DNA of 64,000 nt. It comes from Antedon mediterranea (lineage: Eukaryota > Animalia > Echinodermata). The notes beneath the pieces were generated by a model that was given only the letters and a program-made list of their open reading frames with translations, did no database searches and was not told the origin of the DNA. The translations under genes and the position numbers were made by a program. This document shows positions 26,801 through 38,800 of this stretch, in pieces. Positions within the stretch are counted from its first letter, which is position 1. Each line of letters begins with the position of its first letter. The stretch is from positions 10,659,812 to 10,723,811 of the forward strand of contig NC_092675.1 of the NCBI RefSeq assembly GCF_964355755.1, in the 5' to 3' direction.

Positions 26801-29800
26801 ACAGTAAAATATTTTGAATCTCTTATGAGAGAACTCCTCAGAATGAACAGTGACCACCAATTGTTTAAACTTAATTAGGGAATTCATGTACATATTTGAC
26901 ATGCAAAATTGTTATGACGTTATCATTTGACCACGCTGGTGGCATTGTAGTCGTTTTATTTAAATCAAGACAAGTTTTAATGTACCCTTGTTTTTCTCAA
27001 CTTTCCTCTAAATTGTGTGTTTTGCAAATTTTGGCTCTGACGATTCACCTGTGTCTGTATAGTTTGTTTTGAGCTACAAAAATGAATCAATGTGCCAAGT
27101 ACCACAAGTTAATGATGACTGGTCACACTGTGGTTAAAAAGTTATCTGTGTTTGTATAATAACTTGTATTGTTTATTACAGCTGGAAGAAGAAATAACAA
27201 AGAGTAAAAGTCGAGAAAAATGTCTCCAAGAACAACTTCAGAGAATAGCAAATGAGAAATCTGGTAATTACCAAAAAATGATAAATAGTATGTAGTTCAC
27301 TGGCCCAAGTACAATAATAGATAATAATATACATTTAAAATTGAGTAGTAGTAACAGTAAAATAATTAGTTCTCTTTTTATATACGAAAAAGGCAAACCA
27401 GGTTATTGATTACTTTTTCTTTTTTTTTTTTGTTCATTAGTAAAATAAACTTGTTATTTGTTGTTTGATTAAAATAATAAGGTTTTAAAAAAGACTGTCT
27501 AATTTCTTTCTACAGTACTCTAGTATATTTATTTGTACATACCAACCATAGAAAAGTTTCCAAAATGTTGTAATTTACTGTGAAAATGGTGGTTTTATAT
27601 TCTCAAATCATATATAAAATGTGTTCTTTTTGCTTCAATCCACTAGGCCTATGTTGTGAATAGATACAATTTAGCTATGAGAATCCATATCTACACAAAA
27701 TGACAATTTTCATTTCAGAGTTGGAAATTAATGTTGAATCTTTATCTCAACGCATCATCAAAGCTCAAGAAGAGATTGACAAACTTCAGGAGGTTAGAGT
27801 AAAGGTACAGTAAGTGATAATAAACTTTAACTGGTGGTCACATAACCTTTATTAACAGCAACTAAACATTTACAGTGGTTTTAAGATGGTTAGAAAGAAG
27901 CATATACAGAAAGAAGTTTGAGGGAAAAAAACTCTTTTACTCTACTCAAATCTACCTACCTACCTCAAAATTAACTTTATAAATACCAATCGTTAGTAAA
28001 TACATGGAAATACTGTACTCTTCACTGTTTTTAATGCCTATCTATATATAAATTCACATAAGGGCAAAATTTGGTAAAATAAAATGTTTACTCGATGGTA
28101 TATAAAGTTGATTCGTACTTCCGGTACTGATTTTAACCACCTGATGTAACCATGTTTACTAATTAAATTGAATTAGATAATTAGTTATTGACAATTAAAA
28201 CAAGTTTAGGATCAACGATTTGCCCCAAATAGGGATGTTTTCCGATCGTGGAATACACTATGGATATCCATCTTGAAAGATACCCTCACACAATAATACG
28301 AGGATGCTTCGCATACCTATCTCCTTCTACGATAATTTTTGTTGATAGCTGTAAACCGGTTGAACAGCATCATAATGTTGAAGACAGGCTGATTAGAATA
28401 AATCAATATTTTGCTAGATTTATTATACGTTTATACAAATGTATCGATTTGCGATGAAAGGAACATTCCAATATAATTATTTGGTTTAACACAAGTACCT
28501 GTAGGTAAATGTATGGGCCCTTGGGGAATAAACCTAAAACCTTTAGATATAGTATTGCAATACTTTAAATACGTATTAACCATTTTTGGTCGCCATTTGA
28601 ATCGCAAATTTCTTACTGTGAGTGTGGGTACTGTTAGATATATAAACACATGTACAAATCAAACTTATTACTGTGAGTGTGGGTAGACCCTACTGTTAGA
28701 TATATAAACGGACAATCTATATTATAAGTGAGAGAGTTTGTACGTCCGTTTGTTTGTTCGTTATAAAAAAATTTTTTACTGCACGTAACCTTACATATGG
28801 GGTATCAAAATGACCGCAATTGTACCGGGAAGGTTGTAAACTACATTTCAACATCATCCGCCACCTAGGATCCAAGTTAGGGACCAAAATGTGGTCAAAA
28901 CCCCCACTTTCGATGTTTGTTCGTTATACAAATTTCTGTTTCTGCACGTAACCATGCATATGGAGTATCAAAATGATGGCAATTGTACCCGGAAGGTTTT
29001 AAACTACATTAAAAAAATTCCCCCCGACTCCTGGGGTTTTTGTGGGAGGGGGAGGGGGGTGGTGTGGTGGTTTGTGATGTCATTTTTGGTAGGGCTCGGG
29101 GTTGTAGGCTATCGAATTGTAAATTATACTACAAAAGTTTTACAGTATTTGAATTATCCTCAGTAAGGCGTTTGGGGAAATATAGATATAGATATATAAA
29201 TAAATGATAAAGACGCTAGTAAATTACCAACTGAACATTTTATTGCACTACAGGCTGTTTCATGAGTATGAACTCAATCTTCAGGTGCTTGGCTCTGAAT
29301 AATAGTCACAAGTGAATACAAAAAGCTATAATGAAGTTGTAAGGCAAACTGTTTATGTGAACAATAGTATGCTAATTAGCAAGTACAACACATCTCTATT
29401 TCCTGGACAGTCTATTGTTAAACCAAATTCCTATTATCTAAATTACTGATACCTTAATAGAAACTTTCTCCTATGTCTACATGCACTGACTAATTCGTTC
29501 CTATGGTTAAGTGAGCTGGTTTCAGGCTTGCATATGATATAATACTTCTCTTGTAAGCATAGATTACACCGTTTGTTAACATTGGAATATGGTTTAAAAC
29601 TTTACACTTCTTTATTATTTGCCATATAATGTTATACTTTATGTTATCATCTTTTAGCTTCCAGATATACTGGCTAAGTGTTGTGCTGTTTTTGTATTTA
29701 ACATTACAGAATGAACTATTATGTGCGTTATATCTACATTTAAATGTGTTTTCGGTTAGTCCGACATATGTTACAGCTTTATCATCACTATTTGTTGTTA

Positions 29801-32800
29801 CTGTAGCCTGATAAACAACACCACTGGTTAGGCATTTCCCATCTAATGGGCATTCATTTCGACAGTTGCATTGCTTGATGTTATCACAGGGCATATCATT
29901 ACGTAATACATTTTTGTTGTGGGCCGATATTACAGACCCTATATTAGGCATGCAGCAATAGCTGATTTTAATGGTATTTCTATTAAATATTTTTCTTAGC
30001 TCATGGTTATGTGGAAAACATTCATCTACAGTCTTTAAGAACTCGTGCCCTATTTTGGTTTTCACGTTGGTACTGTAAGGCGGGTTGAACCAGATGATAT
30101 TTCTTTTCCTTGTCTTCTTCATGTTTTTTTGCGCGCTGGTATTGGTCGGGTTGTACCTCAGATTGTGGTCGTATCCACTTTCATACAAGGCTTCTTTGTA
30201 CGGTTTCTTTGATTCATTGAAAACAGTTTCATTCGAAGAAATGTTTGATAATCTTTTGTTTATGCCTTCAGGGATGTTCTTAATTATTGATGCTGGATGA
30301 TTACTTTTGCAATGAACGTAGCGTGGTTTGTTGTTTTCCTTCAAGTAAGGCTTATAGCTTCCATCATTGAGATTAACCGTTACATCTAGGTAGTTTATAA
30401 TTTTCTTTCAGTCTCTTGGATTGTCTCATTACAGACATCCATTTCCTGTGTGAACATATAAACGTTCTTTACTGTTACTGTGTTCTACTACTATATTTGA
30501 ACATCATCCGCCATCTAGGATCCAATTTTTGAATTTGTCCTGGGAAGAATTTGTTTTTAGAAAAGAGTCTGGTGCTATGTACTGAGAAGGCTTTAAACTA
30601 ATTTTAAAACTCGCCATGAGGGCGGGTATAATTGCTAGTATGCAAATAAACTGTATTACTGACAGTTGCTTCTCAACGTTTGTATTAATTAATAATTACA
30701 AAAAATATAAACATTGTAGTGTTGTGTCGTTACATGTACTTTAATATTTCAATCGACTATGACAGTGACAGTTTTAAAAAAGTATTAAATAGCAAGTGTT
30801 TTACTGTATTTAGTGGTATATTAATTATAGGCCTGAAAAATATTTCATTACTGAGTGGATAAAGAATATATTTAAAAATTGTTTCTCTTTGTACCCATCC
30901 TCTTCCCCATCCCTTAACCCTAAAGTTACATATTAAACACAAATTGGGTTTGTTTAAATAAATCCAAATACAAATTTTGGACTCATTTTATGACAAGTTT
31001 CTCTTTAGGAAGTAGGCCTAATTCTCAGGGTGCTAATTTTGGTTGACTACATAAATCATCGTGTCTATTTATTCGTTTCTGTAAACGACAATGGATTATA
31101 GTGCTGCGGTACGTACATTTGAAATCGCCAGTTTTAACGCTGAAATTACAGTGTATTCCAGAATCATCTGTGGACACGACCTAGATGGTACGCAAGCCGT
31201 AAGCGTACCATCTAGTTATTCAAATAAAGTTAATTGTATACATATTAAAATGGTTCTTCACTGTTCTTATAGGGTCTTGAAAGAGATGTGCAGCGTTTAG
31301 AAAGACGATTAATCCAGACACAAGATGAGGTATGTATGCTAAATTTAGACTAAAATTACAAAACCTTTTGTGATTAATATTTAGTTACCTATGCTCTTAA
31401 ACTGCACAATTTAATTGAAAAGCACAAATATACAGGTTCTCCTGTGTAAAAATGTACTTCAATGTTATTTTTCTCTGTTTATTTTTAAGGTAAAGGTTAA
31501 GTGTGAAGCTCTATCTCAGTCTGAGTCAATTGTAATGAGACTAAAACAGAAGATAAACAAATCAGACGGAGAACTGCACATTGCAAGGTAAATTATATTG
31601 TACAAAATTGCATTGTTCTTCTGTAACTGCTTATCGGATATATGGAGTGGAGTTGTGGCCTGGTGGTTACGATGCTTGGCTGCCAATCCAAGGGTCCTGG
31701 GTTCAGGTCCTGTCATATGTCAGGATTTTTTTCTAATGACAATTTACAACTCCACTCCCAAAGACTTGTAATAAGACTTTGTTAATGTAGAGCATCGTGT
31801 GTATATGTTTGTCTCGTGAACGGATTGCCACCTTTAAGAAGGATAGTGAATGAATTCGCTTATGGTTATCCTTGGCAATTTGCCTAAATAAATAAAATAA
31901 AATAAAAAATAAAAAAAAATATTATTTATATGAGGCCTGGTATCACAAAAGCGGCATAGAGTCACAAATTCAACTTTTCGAGATATTAAGCCTTGAGGTT
32001 CACAATGGAAAACACGACCTAACTTATCCATTTAGAGAATTAATTTTTTTGTGCAAACGATGATATAATATATCACATGGTCATGAAAAAATATCCATAT
32101 ATGATATGATTATACTGTATGTGTATTGTTTTACATATTGCAGAAGTGAATTAAGTGAAGTTAAAGCATCTCACCAACATGGCTTACAGCACTCGGCTCA
32201 GCAAGCAGAACTGATCAGACAATTACAGGCACTTCAACATGACACACAACAAGGTCATAATTTATTATAGGTTTTGGTTAAATTTTACGAGTAGGTTATT
32301 AGTGAAATTATTTGTTTGTGCAAATCCAAAAATGATGCACTTTTTCCATTACAAACTGTGATTTTTATTTCATTCGCGTGTTAGCTGAACATTTCAATGT
32401 GCATGGTTGCTGATAAATGCGTCATAACTCATTTTCTGAACTCTCGTTGCGTAAAAAGAAGAAACTATTCAAACTACTAATTAGGCTGAAGGCCAAGAAA
32501 CTAGAATTTTTTTCAGGATTTGAAAAATGAAAATATGAATATTCATGTGTATAAACTGATGCTTTTGATTGATGCTAAAGCCTGTTTCAACATAGTAGGA
32601 AACAGGCTTTAGACCCGTAGATAATGTTTCTGCTATTAAAAATAGATATACAACAAAAAGTAATTTTAAATTTACAATATTTCTTACTTCTTTTTTTGTT
32701 ACCAACACAGCCATCACCAGTGATCTTGTTACTTAATCGCATCTCAATGCCTAGTATATCATTACATAAAAATATATTAACACATACTGTTTTATCTTTA

Positions 32801-35800
32801 CAGTTATCAAAAGTCAAGAAGATGTTCACCATATACACACTAGTTCTTATGAAAAGGTATTTATCATGATCATTCTTGTTTGGTTAGCCATTCATTGACT
32901 GAAGTTGACATATGCATTGTCTTGCGTGAGAGAGACCAGTATCTTATGTCTTTTCAAAAAATATTTTTAGTTAATTAATATTTATATATATATATTAATA
33001 TATTAAGATTTATTGTCCCTTTGACTAATTCCAAAAAAAAAAAAAAAAAAGATTTCGAAAAAAGGTGGGTCATTTTGAAGTAACTTAATTTTTGCTCAAC
33101 AAATAACTTTTTTTTTATATCAAAACATATCTCATAATGCAACGCGCTTATTTGGCTACTCTGTATGCATAATCATAAACTTCCTCGCGATCTCTGTGAA
33201 AACACCTTCTCAACCGTGATGAGTTGTACACAATCCTAATGAGCATCATGAATAATGCATACTCATGGTTTGAATCTTTGCTCGCGACGATTTTCCTGTA
33301 TGTAATCAAATTAATTTATCTGTTAATTAAGTAAACTTGTTGTTTTTGGCTTGAATTTTTGACTTAAAATGAATAACTTTAATATTACTTTGATATGGCC
33401 AATTTAAATTTAAAATATTTTGACCTTCATTTTTTGTGTTTCAAGGGACAATACATCTTTAAATAGGCAGTTCTGTAACCCAATGTGAATCCTTTAACAG
33501 ATTCTCCCCTCCTGGGTCAGGGGATCCTGAAGCTCATTATGGGCAGGGTCACTCATGTCCCTAATCAGAATGTAACCCAATGTGAATCCCTTAACAGGTG
33601 CTCTCCTCCCGAGCCAGTGGATCCTGAAGCTCATCATAGGCAGGGTCACTCATGTCTCTAATCAGACTGTAACCCAATATGAATCCCATAACAGGTGCTC
33701 TCCTCCCGGGCCAGGGGGATCCTGAAACTCATCATGGGCAGGGTCACTCATGTTTCTAATCAGACTGTAACCCAATGTGAATCCCTTAACAGGTGCTCTC
33801 CTCCTGGGCCAGGGGGATCCTAAAGCTCATCATGGGCAGGGTCACTCATGTCCCTAATCAGACTGTAACCCAATGTGAAGTAACAGGTGCTCTCCTCCTG
33901 CGCCAGGGGGATCCTAAAGCTCATCATGGGCAGGGTCACTCATGTCCCTAATCAGACTGTAACCCAATGTGAAGTAACAGGTGCTCTCCTCCTGCGCCAG
34001 GGGGATCCTGAAGCTCATCATGGGCCGGGTCACTCATGTCCCTAATCAGACTGTAACCCAATGTGAATCCTTTAACAGGTGCTCTCCTCCCGGGCCAGGG
34101 GGATCCTAAAGCTATCATGGGCAGGGTCACTCATGTCCCTAATCAGACAATCAGAATTTCATTCTCATTGGTTATCCGCACTTGACGTATAACCCCTTGT
34201 TATTGTCTCGATTTCTTTTTTTTTTTTTCGATATTCTTCTTTCTTTTCACGAATTTTGTTTGCAGCGTATCTCTAATTCTGGCCAACAGAAGATTGTATA
34301 ACTTTGACCTGTGGCTGTAGATATGCAGCCAAGCTTTTTGACGATGTCGGAGTTGCGCAGCGTAAGTTACGCGCAATATTATGAATTTCAATGATTGATC
34401 ATAGATTAAAAACCAAAGTCATTTTAAGTCATATCATGCGCAAACTTTCTATGGATTAAAAATGGCATGTTTCACAGAAAGTTATACGCGTACGCGTGTT
34501 TAAAATTTCAAGATGTGAAAAATCAATTTCTAATCAACTTTCTACACACTTCATGTCATTTTAAACATTTCAAAAATTCCCACGCGTGCGCAGTTTTTTA
34601 CGCGCTACATTTACGCGCATGTAGCGCAAAACAAATATTTTTTTGCGTGATTTTTGTTTTTCCAGCCTTCTTTAGTAATTTTATCAACTTTTCAAACAAT
34701 TTTGACATAAAATCATGTCATACGAGCACGTCAAATTGTACAATTCGCACGCGTTTTTGATGAAAAAGTTCAAAAATTTGTGAAATTATGCCTTTTTTCA
34801 AACAGTCATAGATTCTAAACTACGTGGTGAACTTTTTTTAAATTACATATTCTGGAAGTTGATGAGTTATAGATATTGAATCATGCATCGATATGGCTAA
34901 CTGGACATTGTGATGTCATCGTATGGCCACTCGAATATAAAATATAGGATTTTTATCTCTTTCCTCATAGCTCATCACATTTAATAGAGCGCATCTCCAC
35001 TTATCCGTATTCCATTTCCCTCCATTTTTTTTATATTGTCTAGGTCAATCAATTATCATTCGCATGATTTACCATTTATAAAATGTTTATGAAGTCATCA
35101 TGTGCAAAAGCGTCAATAACTTTTTTAAATTGTGAGTATCTAGTGATACTGTATACCTGTGTTTATGTGTGAAAATGAAATGTATTTGTACAGTACTCTA
35201 TGTGTACTCATAGTCAATATTGACTATGGTGTACTTTAGGTAGTTATTGGATAGTTTTTAATTTTAGGTAAAATAGTATAGGCCTAGTTTAAATGTTGTT
35301 AATAATATCTTGAACATTAGCATCTAAAAATTGCTAATACAATGAACTCTTATTTTGCTATTAAATATAGGACCTAAACTGGCTGAAAATATTCCTAAAA
35401 CCAATCAATTAAATTGTGGAAAACCTATCTCAACCAATAATGTTGAGATAGGTGTGAAGTAAAACAAGATTACATATACAAGCTACTCTTCAATCTATCA
35501 ACTAAAAAAGTGACTGGAAATGACGGAATCCCTTGTAAATTGATAAAATTAACAATTAACTATATTTTAGAACCAATAACTTTTATTGTTAACTTATCTG
35601 TAACTACAAGTCGTTTTCCAAAAAAATGGAAAAGTAAAATAAAATTGGAATTATCATCCCTTATTCGTTTAACCATAAATTTTATCCTTATTTAAACTCT
35701 CACTCCTTAATCTATGAAAACTATCTGGCTTGAGACCTAACTTTTCTACTTCATCTGCCCTGATTAATATAACTGAAGACTGGATTTAAAGAAAGCATTT

Positions 35801-38800
35801 GACACTGTGGCAACCATAATATCCTTGTAAAATGTTGTCATATTTTGATGTTGATTTTAATGTTGTAAACTGGTTCAGTAATTAGTATAACTGACTGTAA
35901 CCATATAACAAATGTTTTTGGTGTCTTGTCGGAACGATATAACAGTGTCTGATGAATACCCCAGGAGTCTATCCTTGACCCTGTGTTGTGTTTACTGTAT
36001 ATAAACGATCTTCAAAATGTTGTTAAACATGTTAAACTAAGTATGTATGCAGATGATACTGCTTTGTATTACATATCTAAAGATCCAAAAGATATCACGA
36101 TGCGAAAGCACGATAAAATCTTATGTGAACCTGGCTATTGTTAACAAAATTAACAGTGACCTTGTAAATATAAATAACTGGCTATGTAACAACGAACTAA
36201 GCTTAAATGTAAATAAGACAGAGTTCATGTTTATAGGTTTGCATATAAAATTATCAAAATTATGAAAGAAAAACTTAATTATTAATATAAATGGAATCCC
36301 CCTTCAGAGGGTTTCACACTGTAAACACCTAGGTGTTCAAATTGATGTTGAACTTATTAAAAACAAAGTTCTGCCAGGTTTAGTTCTATCTTAAAAAAGC
36401 TACTTGTTTGTTGCCAAAGCATCTCCAGTCATTGCTATATTAAAGTAACCACCCATTTTGACTACTGTAACATCAAGTGGGGCAGATGCAGTAAAAATCT
36501 CAATCGTAACATTCAAGTGCTTCAAAATAGGGCAGCAAAAATAATCACTAAAAAAAGAAAGTATGATTCGGCTACAGAGCCACTTGAAGTACTTAAATGG
36601 AATAATCTTGAATGTAAACTTACCTACAACTAAAAAGTCTTAATGTATAAAATAACAAGACTCCGACTTATCTATCAAATAAATTTACTCAAAGAAAATC
36701 CTAATATGATACAAGATCTAAAAATGACCTGTGTCTAGTAAAGCCAAATACAGAATATGAAAAGAAAAGTTTTTCTTACCGTGGAGCCAAAATTTGGAAC
36801 GAAATTGATATAAACACAAAAAATGCTCTCTCCTTAAACAATTTCAAAAGATTAATTCCTTCTTAATTAAGCCTGTTTTGTTGTAGTAGAGTTTTATAAT
36901 TGTTAGTTTTTCTGTTTTAATTTTTATCTACTAACTTCTATCTATTCACTGCGGAGCATTATTCCCACCTCTGTGCGTAATATATATTTAAGAAAAACAT
37001 GATATTTTAATAAATTGCTAATTGAGATAATTTTGTAATTATTGGTGTGTGGGCAAAGGGTTAGTCTACAGTTAGGTAAAAAAAAAAATGTAATTTGCAT
37101 ATTGATGACGTCATGTGACGTTAATTACCGGTATTTTGGATTTTGTGTTTTCTATCGAACCAATGATAAAAACTATATTTTCTATAAGAAATTCTTATGA
37201 AATACGTTTTTCCAACTGGATATTGATGAAGATACGTATAACATATAAAAATATATAAAAAAATTGAATTATTTTTATTGTTTTATAAAAATTATGCACA
37301 AATCAAAGTTTTAATGACTTGCAAAAATATTCAGGTTCATCGAAAAAATATAGAGGGTGCTATATATTATAGCCAAATACGATTAAATCATTGTTTTGCC
37401 CATAACCGGTATTACTGTGTATACGTATTTTAACGACGTCTGTTTAACCGGGTATACGCAGTGAAAGGGTTAATATACATTTTTATACTTTTTTTTTTTT
37501 TTGCTCCTTTCAATGTATAATTTTCTTGTTTGTTGATCGGTTTGATAATTGTTGTGATACTGTAGTTGTATTTCTTTCATACAGACCTCGCAGAAGCACA
37601 TATTTTGAGCCTCCATTTCAAAAAGATTTTATTATTATAACAGTAACACAGTTTCAACAACAACAAAACCACAATGGTCACTATTTCTAAGACAAACTAC
37701 AGTATACCACATAAAAATTGTCATAACATTTCTGTCACACTTTCACAGATGTATATTGATGTAAAATCGAAATATGACAAATTGGTATTAAATGAGAAGC
37801 TCATGGAAAAGAAGTTGAAGGAAATGATGATACCTGCTGTATCAACAAATAATGCTGAGACTCAAGTGGACTCAACCGCAACTGGCACTCAGGTGGGCTC
37901 AACAGCATCTAAGACTCAAGTAGGCTCAACCGCAACTGGCACTCAGGTGGGCTCAACAGCATCTAAGACTCAAGTAGGCTCAACCGCACCTGGCACTCAG
38001 GTGGGCTCAACAGCATCTAACACTCGGCAAGCCTCATTCACACCTGAACAAATACCAATAACACCTCACTCTCACCCACAACCATTGGTAGTTGACCATC
38101 ATAGATTATTGTTAGCAGGCGACAGAGTTGAAAGATCCAGTAGACCAAGATATAGGAGTCAAACCTTCAGTGGAATTAGTGTAAATGATATACATTATTC
38201 TGGACTTGATGCAGGAACTACAATGGTAAAGTAATAAATTACATTTGTATTTATTTACTCACTCTAGTGACTTTCTTAGCAAACCCGATGCACAGTGACC
38301 TTGGAAGCTCGCTCAAGTGCTTTATCATAAGTTGTGTACTGCTCCCCAACCCTCCATATGCAATATGGTTGTTGTTGGAGCATATTCCTAAAAAAGGTGG
38401 ATAAAATCTGATTGGATGGTAGCCCCCAGTAATTTGACTACTCAGGCTTGGAAGAGGTAGTTTGCTGGTCAAAGATCAATGATTAAGGGAATCAAGTCCA
38501 TCCTGGATCTAACTGCCTAAAACTTGACTTTCTTCAAGTGTAATTCCACATACTTCCAGGCCTGAGTTGAGGCCCAAAGCGTCTCTAGTGTATTGTTGAT
38601 CACACATAAACATAATAAGTGTGAGGGGTATCAATTGTTAAGATTGATTTTTATCCTTTATACTTAAGTTATGGTTTTCTGTCCAGGATGAACAAATAAG
38701 ACACAACTTAGGAAGAAAGGAAAAAAAAGTGTTAGAAGAAAACTATGAAAGAAAGATGTCTGATCTCAGAAAACTTTTGAAACTGAAGGTAATGGCTGTA

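Larger units (their letters stand above)
28716..30638 (+). mobile_element. Non-autonomous Helitron containing a Penelope fragment
   Basis: A|TCTATATTATAA 5' end, GTTT microsatellite, internal repeats, 3' hairpin CTCGCC..GGCGGG then CTAG|T. Confidence 0.75.

Noticed and set aside
31643-31716. tRNA-Gly(GCC)-like gene
   Set aside because: No acceptor stem, a degenerate B box, and it continues into a body and A-rich tail, so it is a SINE head.
36930-37473. piggyBac-like MITE ending CGCAGTGAAAGGG|TTAA
   Set aside because: The left terminus is too degraded to define a TIR and TSD with confidence.
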